From an uncultured virus (IMG/VR IMGVR_UViG_3300031857_014466) (taxonomy: Duplodnaviria; Heunggongvirae; Uroviricota; Caudoviricetes): a stretch of 59,323 nucleotides of DNA. Each line of letters begins with the position of its first letter. Positions within the stretch are counted from its first letter, which is position 1. Under the pieces are notes generated by a model that was not told where the DNA came from, ran no database searches, and saw nothing but the letters and a program-made list of their open reading frames with translations. The position numbers and the translations under genes are program-made. The stretch lies in IMG/VR virus record IMGVR_UViG_3300031857_014466. One strand, written 5' to 3'. This document shows, piece after piece, positions 17,441 through 26,778 of this stretch.

Positions 17441-18559
17441 ATGAAAGTATTAGTAATTCCGAATTATACAAACTTCGGACAAGAGAAGGACATCAATAGA
17501 GATTCATTCCTATTGGTGTTCAAATCTTTTCTGGACAACACACAAATCGGTAAGGAGTGGCAGTGGATACTACCTTACCCAGACCTAAATAACCATCCTG
17601 GTATTATCAATCAATTTGAATATCCAAATGTAACGTTAGTGAAAATGGATGGATTAGATTGCTTTCCACCAAAGATGAGAGTGGATTATCCGCATAAATT
17701 CTTTGATAGACTTATTGAAAAATATAAAGGTGAATTCAATTTAATTTGGTCACATTTGCCTGAATGGACTAATGAGTTTAAAATCAGCCGTATCTATAAT
17801 AAAACACAACCTATCATTGGTTATTGCCATTGGTGGGAAATAAAAGATAATGGTGCTAGAGATGATAATTCATTTTGGAGAAACATAAAAGGTATGCTTC
17901 AAATGAAAGTGTGTGGTGTGAACTCACAATGGGTTAAAGATTTAGTATTACAAAGAGCATCCGCTGATTTCCAACCACACATTATTGAAAAGCTGGATAA
18001 GATTATACAACCTTGGTATTTGGGATGTGATACAGCAACCCCATCTAAAGGATTCAAACCTAAGACAATTGTATTCAATCATAGAGAAGGTATCTATACA
18101 GGTTCAGAATGGTTCTTTGAAACTATGGATGAACTATGGAAAGAAAGACAAGATTTTGAAGTATGGACATCTCTAAAACAATTGAATAAACCATATACTA
18201 AATACATAGGACATGCTGATAGAAGTGTGTATATGAATCAGTTGGCTGAGGCACACTTTGGAGTTGGGTGTTTCCAAACATATTCTGCATGGAGTATGAG
18301 TACAACTGACGGTCTAAGTTTGGGTGTACCATATTTATTACCAAATGGGTTATGTTACCCTGAAATGGTTGGTAAAGACTACCCACTTCTTTACAATGGT
18401 AAAAAAGAATTTAAAGAGATGGTGGTTAAGTTATTAGATGGTGAAATAGAAAGACCGGATGTAACTCAAATTGCACAATCTTTATTGTGGGAGAACCAAT
18501 TGAAAAGTTGGGATATAGAAAATAACTTTGTGAATATCGCAAGAAAATCATTTGATTAA
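17441..18559 (+). CDS. GT-B fold glycosyltransferase, possibly DNA-modifying
   Basis: MKVLVIP, IWSHLPE, IVFNHR, WSMSTTDGLSLGVP..YPEM; stop overlaps the PolB start (TAATG). The ATG at 17381 lies inside the terminator, so 17441 is the likelier start. Confidence 0.72.
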   Translation: MKVLVIPNYTNFGQEKDINRDSFLLVFKSFLDNTQIGKEWQWILPYPDLNNHPGIINQFEYPNVTLVKMDGLDCFPPKMRVDYPHKFFDRLIEKYKGEFNLIWSHLPEWTNEFKISRIYNKTQPIIGYCHWWEIKDNGARDDNSFWRNIKGMLQMKVCGVNSQWVKDLVLQRASADFQPHIIEKLDKIIQPWYLGCDTATPSKGFKPKTIVFNHREGIYTGSEWFFETMDELWKERQDFEVWTSLKQLNKPYTKYIGHADRSVYMNQLAEAHFGVGCFQTYSAWSMSTTDGLSLGVPYLLPNGLCYPEMVGKDYPLLYNGKKEFKEMVVKLLDGEIERPDVTQIAQSLLWENQLKSWDIENNFVNIARKSFD

Positions 18560-21075
18560 TGTACCAAAATTGTTATTATCAGAGGGAGAAGAATTTAGTC
18601 CACATTTGGGATGATAAGTTAGGTTATAGAACCTTTCCTTATAGTAGATATGCTTATGAAAAAGCTGATAGAGGTGAATATGTTTCTCTTTATGGTGATA
18701 GGCTTACTAAGATATGGAAATTTAAAAAAGATGATCCCGAATTATTTGAATCAGATGTGCCCGAAACAACACGTGTATTAGTTGATACCTATACGGATTC
18801 CGATATACCATCGGAAGGGCATGTTACGCTCACATACGATATTGAGGTTGAGATGGAAAGTGGTCTGCCTGATATGGAAAAGGCAGAGAATGAATTAACC
18901 GCTATTGGTTTGCATGATTCTGCTACTGACCATTTTTGGGTATTGATTATGGATAAGGCTGGTAAGATGAAAGAAAGTAATACCGGCAATCGAAGTGTAA
19001 TTCCATTTAGAGATGAGAGAGATATGATTCTAAAATATTTGGAACTATACGAAATGATTAATCCAACAATCGTAACTGGTTGGAACATTGATTACTTCGA
19101 TACTCCGTACTTATACAATCGTATTAAAAGATTATTGGGTGCTAAGCACGCTAATAGATTATCACCAATAGGTGAGTGTTTTTGGTCACCATATCGTAAA
19201 AGGTTCTTTATGGCTGGAGTATCTTATTTGGACTACCTACAACTTTATAGAACGTACACATACTCAGAATTGGATAATTACCGATTGGATAGTATCGCTA
19301 TGAAAGAATTGGGTAGAGGTAAGGTTGAATATAAAGGTAATTTGGACCAATTATTCAAAGATGATATTGAAAAGTTTATTGAGTATAACTTGATTGATGT
19401 TGACCTGGTAGTTTCATTAGATAGGAAATTACAATTCATTGACCTTTGTAGAGGTATATGTCATGCCGGTCACGTTCCGTATGAAGATTTCGTTTATTCA
19501 TCAAAGTATTTGGAAGGGGCACTTCTAACTTACCTTAAACGTAAGAATATTGTAGCACCTAACAAACCTGCGGATAGACAAGAACGTATGGAAGCTATTA
19601 GAGAGAATCACGAAGAGAAGTTTATTGGTGCATATGTTAAAGCACCTATCGTTGGTAAGTACGAATGGATTTATGACTTGGACTTAACATCACTATACCC
19701 ATCAATCATTATGACTGTAAACATCAGTCCCGAAACTAAGATTGGTAAGATTAACGATTGGGATGCCCAAAAGTTTATGAAGGGTGAGGTTGATATGTAC
19801 ACAATTGGTGATAGACAAATCACAAAAGAAAACCTAAAGAAACTATTTGAAGAAGCTAAATGTTCGGTAGCATCAAATGGTGTATTATATAAGAATGATA
19901 AGCCTGGTTGTATACCTGATATTTTGGATTTATGGTTCAATCAGCGTGTGGAGTTCCGTAAGTTGGAAAAGAAGTATGGTGAGGCTGGTGACAAAGATAA
20001 GTACGCATTCTATAAGAAAAGACAGCTTGTACAAAAGATTCTTCTTAACTCACTTTATGGTGTGTTGGGTTTGCCCGCATTCCGTTTCTATGATGTGGAT
20101 AACGCTGAGGCAGTAACACTAACAGGTCAGACCGTAATTAAATCAACTGCGGATATGGCTAACATTAAATACAACAAAGAGTTAGGAACTAAAGATGGTG
20201 ATTATAATATCTATATTGATACTGATTCCGTATTCTTTTCAGCAGTGCCTATTTTAGATTATAGATTTCCTGATTGGAAAACAAAAGAGGATTCTGAGAT
20301 TGCCCTATTAGTGGATGGTATAGCTGGTGAAACGCAAGACTTCCTTAATAAGTTTTATGATGTGTTGGCTGAGAAGATATTCAATGTAGCAAAAGAAAAA
20401 CATCGTTTCCAAATTAAGAAAGAGTTTGTATCCCGTAGTGGTATATGGATTGCTAAGAAAAGATACGCTCAATGGATTGTGGCTGAGAATGGTATTCCTA
20501 TGGATAGATTGGATGTGAAAGGATTAGATGTTGTTCGTTCATCATATCCGGCTGAGTTCCGTAAATTTATGAGTGAGGTTCTTATTCAAATTCTAAAAGG
20601 TGATGGTGAAGAAATTCTAACCGATAAGATTCAGGCTTTTAAGAAAGCATTAGCAGCGATGGATGTAACTTCTATTGCAAAGAACTCAGCAGTAAAAGAA
20701 TTATCAAAGTACATGCCTAAGAAACCAACGGCAATGTTCCAATTCGCATCAGCAACTCCGGCGCACGTTAAGGCAGCAATTGCACATAATCAATTATTAG
20801 TACACTTTAAATGTCCTTCTAAATACGAACCAATGAGAGATGGTGATAAAGTAAAGTGGGTATATCTAAAGCAAAACCCATATGGATTGGATGGCTTGGC
20901 ATTTAAGGGGTATAATGATGCACCTGAAATTATGGAATTAGTGACAAACTATGTTGATGTAGATAAGATTTTTGAAAGAGAGTTACTGAAGAAGTTAGAG
21001 GATTTCTATGGAGCATTGGGATGGGGTGAGGTATTATCCGCAGCTAAAACGGCTGAAAAATTCTTTTCATTTTAA
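18559..21075 (+). CDS. polB: Family B DNA polymerase (T4 gp43-like) with 3'-5' exonuclease
   Basis: YDIEV, TGWNIDYFD, DLDLTSLYPSII, KILLNSLYG, YIDTDS, KKRY, KGLDVVRS. Confidence 0.97.
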   Translation: MYQNCYYQREKNLVHIWDDKLGYRTFPYSRYAYEKADRGEYVSLYGDRLTKIWKFKKDDPELFESDVPETTRVLVDTYTDSDIPSEGHVTLTYDIEVEMESGLPDMEKAENELTAIGLHDSATDHFWVLIMDKAGKMKESNTGNRSVIPFRDERDMILKYLELYEMINPTIVTGWNIDYFDTPYLYNRIKRLLGAKHANRLSPIGECFWSPYRKRFFMAGVSYLDYLQLYRTYTYSELDNYRLDSIAMKELGRGKVEYKGNLDQLFKDDIEKFIEYNLIDVDLVVSLDRKLQFIDLCRGICHAGHVPYEDFVYSSKYLEGALLTYLKRKNIVAPNKPADRQERMEAIRENHEEKFIGAYVKAPIVGKYEWIYDLDLTSLYPSIIMTVNISPETKIGKINDWDAQKFMKGEVDMYTIGDRQITKENLKKLFEEAKCSVASNGVLYKNDKPGCIPDILDLWFNQRVEFRKLEKKYGEAGDKDKYAFYKKRQLVQKILLNSLYGVLGLPAFRFYDVDNAEAVTLTGQTVIKSTADMANIKYNKELGTKDGDYNIYIDTDSVFFSAVPILDYRFPDWKTKEDSEIALLVDGIAGETQDFLNKFYDVLAEKIFNVAKEKHRFQIKKEFVSRSGIWIAKKRYAQWIVAENGIPMDRLDVKGLDVVRSSYPAEFRKFMSEVLIQILKGDGEEILTDKIQAFKKALAAMDVTSIAKNSAVKELSKYMPKKPTAMFQFASATPAHVKAAIAHNQLLVHFKCPSKYEPMRDGDKVKWVYLKQNPYGLDGLAFKGYNDAPEIMELVTNYVDVDKIFERELLKKLEDFYGALGWGEVLSAAKTAEKFFSF

Positions 21076-21107
21076 TTTGGTGGATTGAATAATTTTTCGT
21101 ATATTTG
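21076..21107 (+). promoter_or_regulatory. Bacteroidota sigma-A type promoter
   Basis: TTTG-N20-TATATTTG. Confidence 0.8.
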
Positions 21108-21140
21108 TATTTCTAAACTTTAAACTTTAAAAAGTATATT

Positions 21141-21836
21141 ATGAACAAAAGTAAATTTGATGGTTTTATCAATCGTTATAACCTTGGTGGTGAGATTGAA
21201 TCCGTTATGGTAAAAGCCGATGGTAAGAATCTTTCAGTAAGAATGATTTCAGATGACAAAACTTTATTAGGTGATGTTACTGTAGCTGAAAAGGATTTTC
21301 CTAATGGTGAATTTGGAATCTACACTACATCTCAACTAAAAGGATTATTGAGTGTATTAGATGAAGCAATTTCAGTTGAAGAAACAACTGGAGCAGTTAA
21401 GTTCTCTGATAAAGGAACTAAGGTACAATATATGTTAGCAGCACCATCTGTTATTCCAGCAGTACCTGATTTGAAAGCACTTCCACCATTTGATGCGGAA
21501 GTAACTTTGAATGATGATTTTATTAATAAGTTCATTCGTTCTAAAGGTGCATTAGCTGATGCAGATACTTTTACTTTCACTGTAAAAGATAAAAAAGCAG
21601 AAATCATTTTGGGTTATTCTTCAATCAACTCAAACAGAATTTCAATCGCTGTAGAAACTTCAGCAAAAGAAGATATTGAACCAATTGCATTCTCTGCAAA
21701 GTATTTGAAAGCAATCTTAACTGCTAACAAAGGTTCTAAATCATCTTCACTAAAAATTTCATCTAAAGGTTTAGCACATGCTTCCTTTACCGATGGAGAC
21801 TACACTTCAAACTATTACTTAGTAGAAATTAAATAA
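21141..21836 (+). CDS. Sliding clamp, T4 gp45-like
   Basis: 231 aa; EFGIY..L..LL, beta-rich, C-terminal YYLV; position after the polymerase. Confidence 0.72.
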   Translation: MNKSKFDGFINRYNLGGEIESVMVKADGKNLSVRMISDDKTLLGDVTVAEKDFPNGEFGIYTTSQLKGLLSVLDEAISVEETTGAVKFSDKGTKVQYMLAAPSVIPAVPDLKALPPFDAEVTLNDDFINKFIRSKGALADADTFTFTVKDKKAEIILGYSSINSNRISIAVETSAKEDIEPIAFSAKYLKAILTANKGSKSSSLKISSKGLAHASFTDGDYTSNYYLVEIK

Positions 21837-21841
21837 TCACT

Positions 21842-23053
21842 ATGAGCTTTTGGGATACTGAACCACAAAAACCGGTCTTTGACTTTGATACTGAAAAAAC
21901 AAAGTTAAAAGAAAATATGGACTATCTAATGACGATGTCTGTACAGGAGCAAACTTTATATAAAAAGTGGGTAGAGTTGCAAGACCCTACAATGATTCAG
22001 GCTAAATCCCAAATAGCATCTTATTATGATTCTCAATGGAGGCCAACTAATATCAACGATAAGGAGCTAACGATAAAAGAAATTGAAGCGTTAGACCCTT
22101 ACGTTGAAATCGTTGAAGACCCCAAAGAAGCTACTAAGTGGTCACAAATTCGTAGAATGATTCATACTATGGATTTTACCGCTAACCCTGGCCGTAATGT
22201 TAAGATTAATGTAAGGGATAGAGTAAGTGGAAAACTATTGGGGCAAATATCTTTAGCATCAGATGTAACCGCATTAGGTGTAAGAGATAACTACATTGGT
22301 TGGACTAAAGATGATAAGTTTGTAAAAGGTAAATTAAACAATACAACTATTGCTTCTACAATCGTATGTACTCAGCCTTTAGGTTACAACTTTTTAGGTG
22401 GTAAGTTAATCGCTATGATGACTACGGTGCCTGAGGTAAGAGAGTATTGGAAAAAGAAATATGATAATGTACTTATAGCAGTAGGTACAACTTCACTATA
22501 CGGAATTCATTCCCAATACAATGGTATTCCACTTTTCAAAACATTAGGTGAATCCGCTGGTAAGATTAGTATTAAGCCGGATGATAAGTATTATGACCCT
22601 TGGCATCAATGGTTAAAAGAAAATCGTGCGGAATGGTACAAAGATAATATTTCAGATGAGAGAGCCCGTAATGGTGCTAATATGGGATATGAAGCTAATG
22701 GACCTGTTAGTGGTATCAAACAAAAGATATTAGGACAAATCTTTAAAGAGTGTGGTATTAAGGCAACTGAATATCACCACGGCTTTAAGAGAGGTGTGTA
22801 TATGGCTATGATGTATGAGAATGGTAATGATTTCCTTTGCGATAGAATTACTGAAGAACAATTAGTACTAAAAGATAAATTTAAGCAAGGTGTTGATTAC
22901 ATTAATAAATGGTGGAAGAAGCACGCAATTAGTAGATATACAAAACTGCACGAAGAAGGCAGATTAAAACCTGAACACTTATTTTACATAGATGCTATTG
23001 GTATGAGTTGGGAAGAAATGAAGGAAAAGTATTTAGGTGAAGTAGGAAGATAA
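21842..23053 (+). CDS. DUF4338 / Druantia DruA-like GNAT-related protein
   Basis: PGRN...V.D...GKLLG.I.L.S.V..L..RD..IGW, QPLGYNFLGGKL.A, TTSLYG..SQYN. Confidence 0.75.
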   Translation: MSFWDTEPQKPVFDFDTEKTKLKENMDYLMTMSVQEQTLYKKWVELQDPTMIQAKSQIASYYDSQWRPTNINDKELTIKEIEALDPYVEIVEDPKEATKWSQIRRMIHTMDFTANPGRNVKINVRDRVSGKLLGQISLASDVTALGVRDNYIGWTKDDKFVKGKLNNTTIASTIVCTQPLGYNFLGGKLIAMMTTVPEVREYWKKKYDNVLIAVGTTSLYGIHSQYNGIPLFKTLGESAGKISIKPDDKYYDPWHQWLKENRAEWYKDNISDERARNGANMGYEANGPVSGIKQKILGQIFKECGIKATEYHHGFKRGVYMAMMYENGNDFLCDRITEEQLVLKDKFKQGVDYINKWWKKHAISRYTKLHEEGRLKPEHLFYIDAIGMSWEEMKEKYLGEVGR

Positions 23054-23065
23054 AAACAAAACAAT

Positions 23066-23449
23066 ATGTCAAAGACTAAAAAAACAAAAAAAGTAGAAGA
23101 AGTAAAAAATGAAGAATTGTTACAACCACAATTGGGAGAATTAACAATACCTCAAAAAAAGTTAGAAGATGCAGAATGGTGTTTTCAGTTTGATGGTGAT
23201 GAACCACAAGTGTTTGCGTGGACAGATGATTCTGTTATGAATAAAAACGAAGACCCTAAAGTAATTTTTACAATTACAAATATGGAAGATTCTTATATTT
23301 CATTTACACACGGACAAACTGGTAAATCATTTAAAATCTTTGTAAGAGAACTAACCGATGAAGGTAAAAAACTAAGAGATAATCAAAGACTTCAATTAAT
23401 CGCTCAAAAAAACTTAGAAGAAAATGGAAGTGAAAATAAAGAAGCTTAA
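23066..23449 (+). CDS. Hypothetical protein
   Basis: 127 aa ORF in the operon. Confidence 0.65.
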   Translation: MSKTKKTKKVEEVKNEELLQPQLGELTIPQKKLEDAEWCFQFDGDEPQVFAWTDDSVMNKNEDPKVIFTITNMEDSYISFTHGQTGKSFKIFVRELTDEGKKLRDNQRLQLIAQKNLEENGSENKEA

Positions 23450-23891
23450 TCCAAATGCAGTAATTCCAACATACGCTAAACCTGGTGATGGTGGAATGGA
23501 TTTGGTAGCAACATCAATTATTAAGGACACGCCTGAACAAATTACATATGGTATGGGGATTGCCTTAGAAATACCTGAAGGATTTGTGGGATTAATATTT
23601 CCTCGTTCATCGGTTAGAAAGACCGGATTGGATTTAAGTAACGCTGTTGGTGTATGCGATAGCGGATATAGAGGTGAATTACAAGCTACATTCAATAAAG
23701 TATTTGGTGGTAATCGTTTTTATGATGAAACAAAAACATATACCGAAAATACATCCAATGATTTCTACAAAATAGGTGATAGAATTGCACAAATTATGAT
23801 TATACCTTACCCACCAATTGAATTTGTAGAAGCTGATGAGTTATCAGATTCAGAAAGAGGTAATGGTGGATTTGGTTCAACTGGAAAATAA
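23424..23891 (+). CDS. dut: Trimeric dUTPase
   Basis: GMDL, PRSS, GVCDSGYRGE, GDRIAQ, RGNGGFGSTG. Confidence 0.96.
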   Translation: MEVKIKKLNPNAVIPTYAKPGDGGMDLVATSIIKDTPEQITYGMGIALEIPEGFVGLIFPRSSVRKTGLDLSNAVGVCDSGYRGELQATFNKVFGGNRFYDETKTYTENTSNDFYKIGDRIAQIMIIPYPPIEFVEADELSDSERGNGGFGSTGK

Positions 23892-23897
23892 AAATAT

Positions 23898-24836
23898 ATG
23901 TTTGAATATCAAGAAGAAAATGTAAACCATAGTCTTTGGGTTGAAAAATATCGCCCAATTAAATTAGAAGATTATGTAGGTAATGAACACCTTAAAGAAA
24001 AAGTTTCAATATTCATTGAGAACAATGATATACCACATTTACTCCTTTATGGAAAAGCTGGTACTGGTAAAACAACACTTGCTAAATTAATTGTAAAATC
24101 AATTGATTGTGATTTTATGATTATCAACGCATCTGATGAAAGAAACGTAGATACTATTAGAGATAAAGTAAGAGGGTTTGCATCATCTATGGGTTTTAAA
24201 AAATGGAAAGTAGTAGTATTGGATGAGGTTGATTATATGAGTTACTTAGCACAACCAATGCTTCGTAATATTATGGAAACATTCAGTTCTCATTGCCGAT
24301 TCATTTTGACTTGTAACTATGTAGAAAAGGTAATTGAACCAATTCAATCTCGTTGTCAATCTTTTCAAATCATCCCACCAACTAAAAAGGATGTAGCAAT
24401 TCAAATGAGTAAGATTTTAAAATCTGAAAATATTGAGTTTGACCCGAAAGATTTAGTTCCAATTATAGATTCATCATACCCTGATATTCGTAAGGTAATC
24501 AACACTTGCCAAATGAATTCAACAAAAGGTAAATTGAAAGTTGATGTTCAAAACCTGTTGGAAAATGATTATAAAATGAAAGTATTGGATATTCTCAAAT
24601 CAAATGATGATAAGAGAAACAAATATATGAAACTTAGACAAGCATTGATAGATAGTAAGGTAACCGATTTTACTGACCTATTTACTTTACTTTATGATAA
24701 AGTAGATGAGTACGCCGGCGATAATACTTCTGGAGTTATTCTTTTATTAGCAGATGGACAATTCAAACACTTTTCAGCAATTGATAAAGAGATACCAACT
24801 GCAGCAACCCTAATACAAATTTTAAATACAATATAA
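23898..24836 (+). CDS. Clamp loader AAA+ subunit (T4 gp44 / RFC small subunit-like)
   Basis: WVEKYRP, GKAGTGKTT, NASDER, LDEVD, SRC. Confidence 0.93.
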   Translation: MFEYQEENVNHSLWVEKYRPIKLEDYVGNEHLKEKVSIFIENNDIPHLLLYGKAGTGKTTLAKLIVKSIDCDFMIINASDERNVDTIRDKVRGFASSMGFKKWKVVVLDEVDYMSYLAQPMLRNIMETFSSHCRFILTCNYVEKVIEPIQSRCQSFQIIPPTKKDVAIQMSKILKSENIEFDPKDLVPIIDSSYPDIRKVINTCQMNSTKGKLKVDVQNLLENDYKMKVLDILKSNDDKRNKYMKLRQALIDSKVTDFTDLFTLLYDKVDEYAGDNTSGVILLLADGQFKHFSAIDKEIPTAATLIQILNTI

Positions 24837-24837
24837 T

Positions 24838-25146
24838 ATGGCGAACATTATTGGTGGCGGAGAAATGCCACAACAACCACAACCAAAAGTAGATATATCA
24901 GCATCAGTTCCTGTATTTTGTGAATGTGGTGGTAAAACATTCTTACCTGCTATGAAGATGAGAAAATTATCTAAATTAGCATATGGTGGTGACCAGGATA
25001 TGATGATACCATTTGAAGTATATCTTTGTGGTGATTGTGGGGCAGAGCAAGAACTTATGAAACCTGTTCAACTAAGAGCATTAGAACAAAAAGATAAATT
25101 ACAATTCGAAGGAACTCGTTCATTAGATATGGATACCAATGGCTAA
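24838..25146 (+). CDS. Small zinc-ribbon protein
   Basis: CECG...CGDCG. Confidence 0.6.
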   Translation: MANIIGGGEMPQQPQPKVDISASVPVFCECGGKTFLPAMKMRKLSKLAYGGDQDMMIPFEVYLCGDCGAEQELMKPVQLRALEQKDKLQFEGTRSLDMDTNG

Positions 25147-25588
25147 AACATTATTTGACCATATTAACGCAATAACGCAAGACAAAGACCCAAAGTATTG
25201 GGATACGCTTGATGAAAGTGATAGAAAGACGTGGAGTAACTATATGATACTCCGTTTCCTTTCTATGAAGCCTGAATGGATTGAATTAATTTCTGATATT
25301 CAACCTTATTTGCAAGAGGCATCTCCAAAATCAATGTATCTTTGTCTTATTGGATTAATTCCAAAGACAAGAGCGTTTTTAAAATATATGAAACCAACTT
25401 CATCCGAAAAATATGAAGATTGGATTATTCAATTAGTTGCAAAATATTATAGTACATCAATCGCTCAGGCGGAAGATTACTATTTAATATTACTTCAAAC
25501 AACCGCAGGTAAGCAACACATCAAAGAAATTGCGGAGGCTTATGGTACTGACCCTAAGCAAATTACTAAATTAAAACTCAAAGTTTAA
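25139..25588 (+). CDS. Probable clamp loader small subunit (T4 gp62-like)
   Basis: LFDHINAI..K, YMI.RFLS, LVAKYY..S...A..Y..IL pattern; position next to the gp44-like gene. Confidence 0.6.
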   Translation: MAKTLFDHINAITQDKDPKYWDTLDESDRKTWSNYMILRFLSMKPEWIELISDIQPYLQEASPKSMYLCLIGLIPKTRAFLKYMKPTSSEKYEDWIIQLVAKYYSTSIAQAEDYYLILLQTTAGKQHIKEIAEAYGTDPKQITKLKLKV

Positions 25589-25620
25589 TTTGGTTATTTC
25601 ACCATTTTTTCGTATCTTTA
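25589..25620 (+). promoter_or_regulatory. Bacteroidota-type promoter variant
   Basis: TTTG-N20-TATCTTTA, 4 nt before the ATG. Confidence 0.65.
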
Positions 25621-25624
25621 CATT

Positions 25625-26494
25625 ATGGCAAAAGTATCATTTTCGCAGTACTCAATGTGGAGTAACTGCCCGCAACAATATAAGTTAAATTACATAGATA
25701 AGTTGGGTGAAAGTTCTGGTAACATTCACACAATCTTTGGTAGTTCAATGCACGAAACTATCCAACACTATCTATCGGTAATGTATGGTGTATCCAAAAA
25801 GCAAGCAGATGAAATTAATTTAGATAAGTTGCTTTTGGAAAGAATGAAGGAAAACTTTACTAAGGAAAGAGAAGCCCTTAGTGAAGGAGCACCTTGTACT
25901 CAATTAGAGTTAGAAGAATTTTATGGTGATGGTAGGAGAATATTAGAATGGCTAAAGAAGAATCTTAATAAATTTTATTCTAAATCAGGTTATGAATTAG
26001 TTGGTATTGAGATTCCATTGAATGCACCAATTAAAGAAGGTGTGCATTTTATTGGTTTTATTGATATTGTCCTAAGAGATTTGGCTGAAAACTCAATTGT
26101 GATTATTGACCTTAAAACATCAACAATGGGTTGGAATCAATATCAGAAAGCTGATAAGTTTAAAAACGCACAAATTCTTCTCTATAAAAAATATTATTCA
26201 GAATTATTTAATATTCCACTTTCTAAGATTAAAGTTGAATATCAGATTATGAGAAGAAAACTACCTGAAGATTCAGCATTTCCAGTTCCTTATATCTCAA
26301 AGCACGCACCATCACATGGCGCTCCATCGGTAACAAAAGCACATGATGAATTTATGGAATTTATCAACACTGTGTTTAATGATGATGGTACTTTTAAAGA
26401 TATTTCATTTCCTAAAGTACCTGGTGCTAACAAAAAGAATTGTAAATGGTGTGAATTCTTAGGTAAACATTGTGATGGGAAGGCTGATAAATAA
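25625..26494 (+). CDS. PD-(D/E)XK exonuclease, Cas4/RecB/AddB-like
   Basis: SFS....CP, FGSSMH, GFID, IIDLKTS, QI.LY, C-terminal CKWCEF...C. Confidence 0.88.
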   Translation: MAKVSFSQYSMWSNCPQQYKLNYIDKLGESSGNIHTIFGSSMHETIQHYLSVMYGVSKKQADEINLDKLLLERMKENFTKEREALSEGAPCTQLELEEFYGDGRRILEWLKKNLNKFYSKSGYELVGIEIPLNAPIKEGVHFIGFIDIVLRDLAENSIVIIDLKTSTMGWNQYQKADKFKNAQILLYKKYYSELFNIPLSKIKVEYQIMRRKLPEDSAFPVPYISKHAPSHGAPSVTKAHDEFMEFINTVFNDDGTFKDISFPKVPGANKKNCKWCEFLGKHCDGKADK

Positions 26495-26534
26495 AAAAAG
26501 TTTATAAAAAATTATTGTTTTTTTGAATTGTAAT

Positions 26535-26543
26535 ATACTTATA
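26535..26543 (+). promoter_or_regulatory. Putative late promoter ATACTTATA
   Basis: Recurrent intergenic motif at the head of the first glycosyltransferase operon. Confidence 0.5.
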
Positions 26544-26569
26544 TATACAAATATATAAATACTATTATA

Positions 26570-26770
26570 ATGAATCAAGAAAACACAAAGCTAACAACTG
26601 TGAAAATCTTGAAAGATGTTTATTCATCGTTTAAAAAAGTATCATTTAATTCTGATGTTACCCTACAAAAGTTGGTTAATAGAACAGTTGAAAGATATGT
26701 TTCTGATGCGGATTTCAGAAATGAAATGAATGAATATGTAAAACTACAAATTTCAGGTTCACAATTTTAA
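26570..26770 (+). CDS. Small protein, possible ribbon-helix-helix DNA binder
   Basis: LTTVKI..DVY..FK...TLQKLVNR pattern (strand-helix-helix). Confidence 0.55.
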   Translation: MNQENTKLTTVKILKDVYSSFKKVSFNSDVTLQKLVNRTVERYVSDADFRNEMNEYVKLQISGSQF

Positions 26771-26778
26771 AATTAGTT

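Noticed and set aside
6993..21075. Inteins or introns in recA, helicase, nrdJ or polB
   Set aside because: Lengths are normal, motifs are contiguous, and no splicing motifs were seen
25625..26494. Cas4 as evidence of a CRISPR-Cas system
   Set aside because: Solo Cas4/RecB-like nucleases are common in phage replication modules; no cas1/cas2 or array is present
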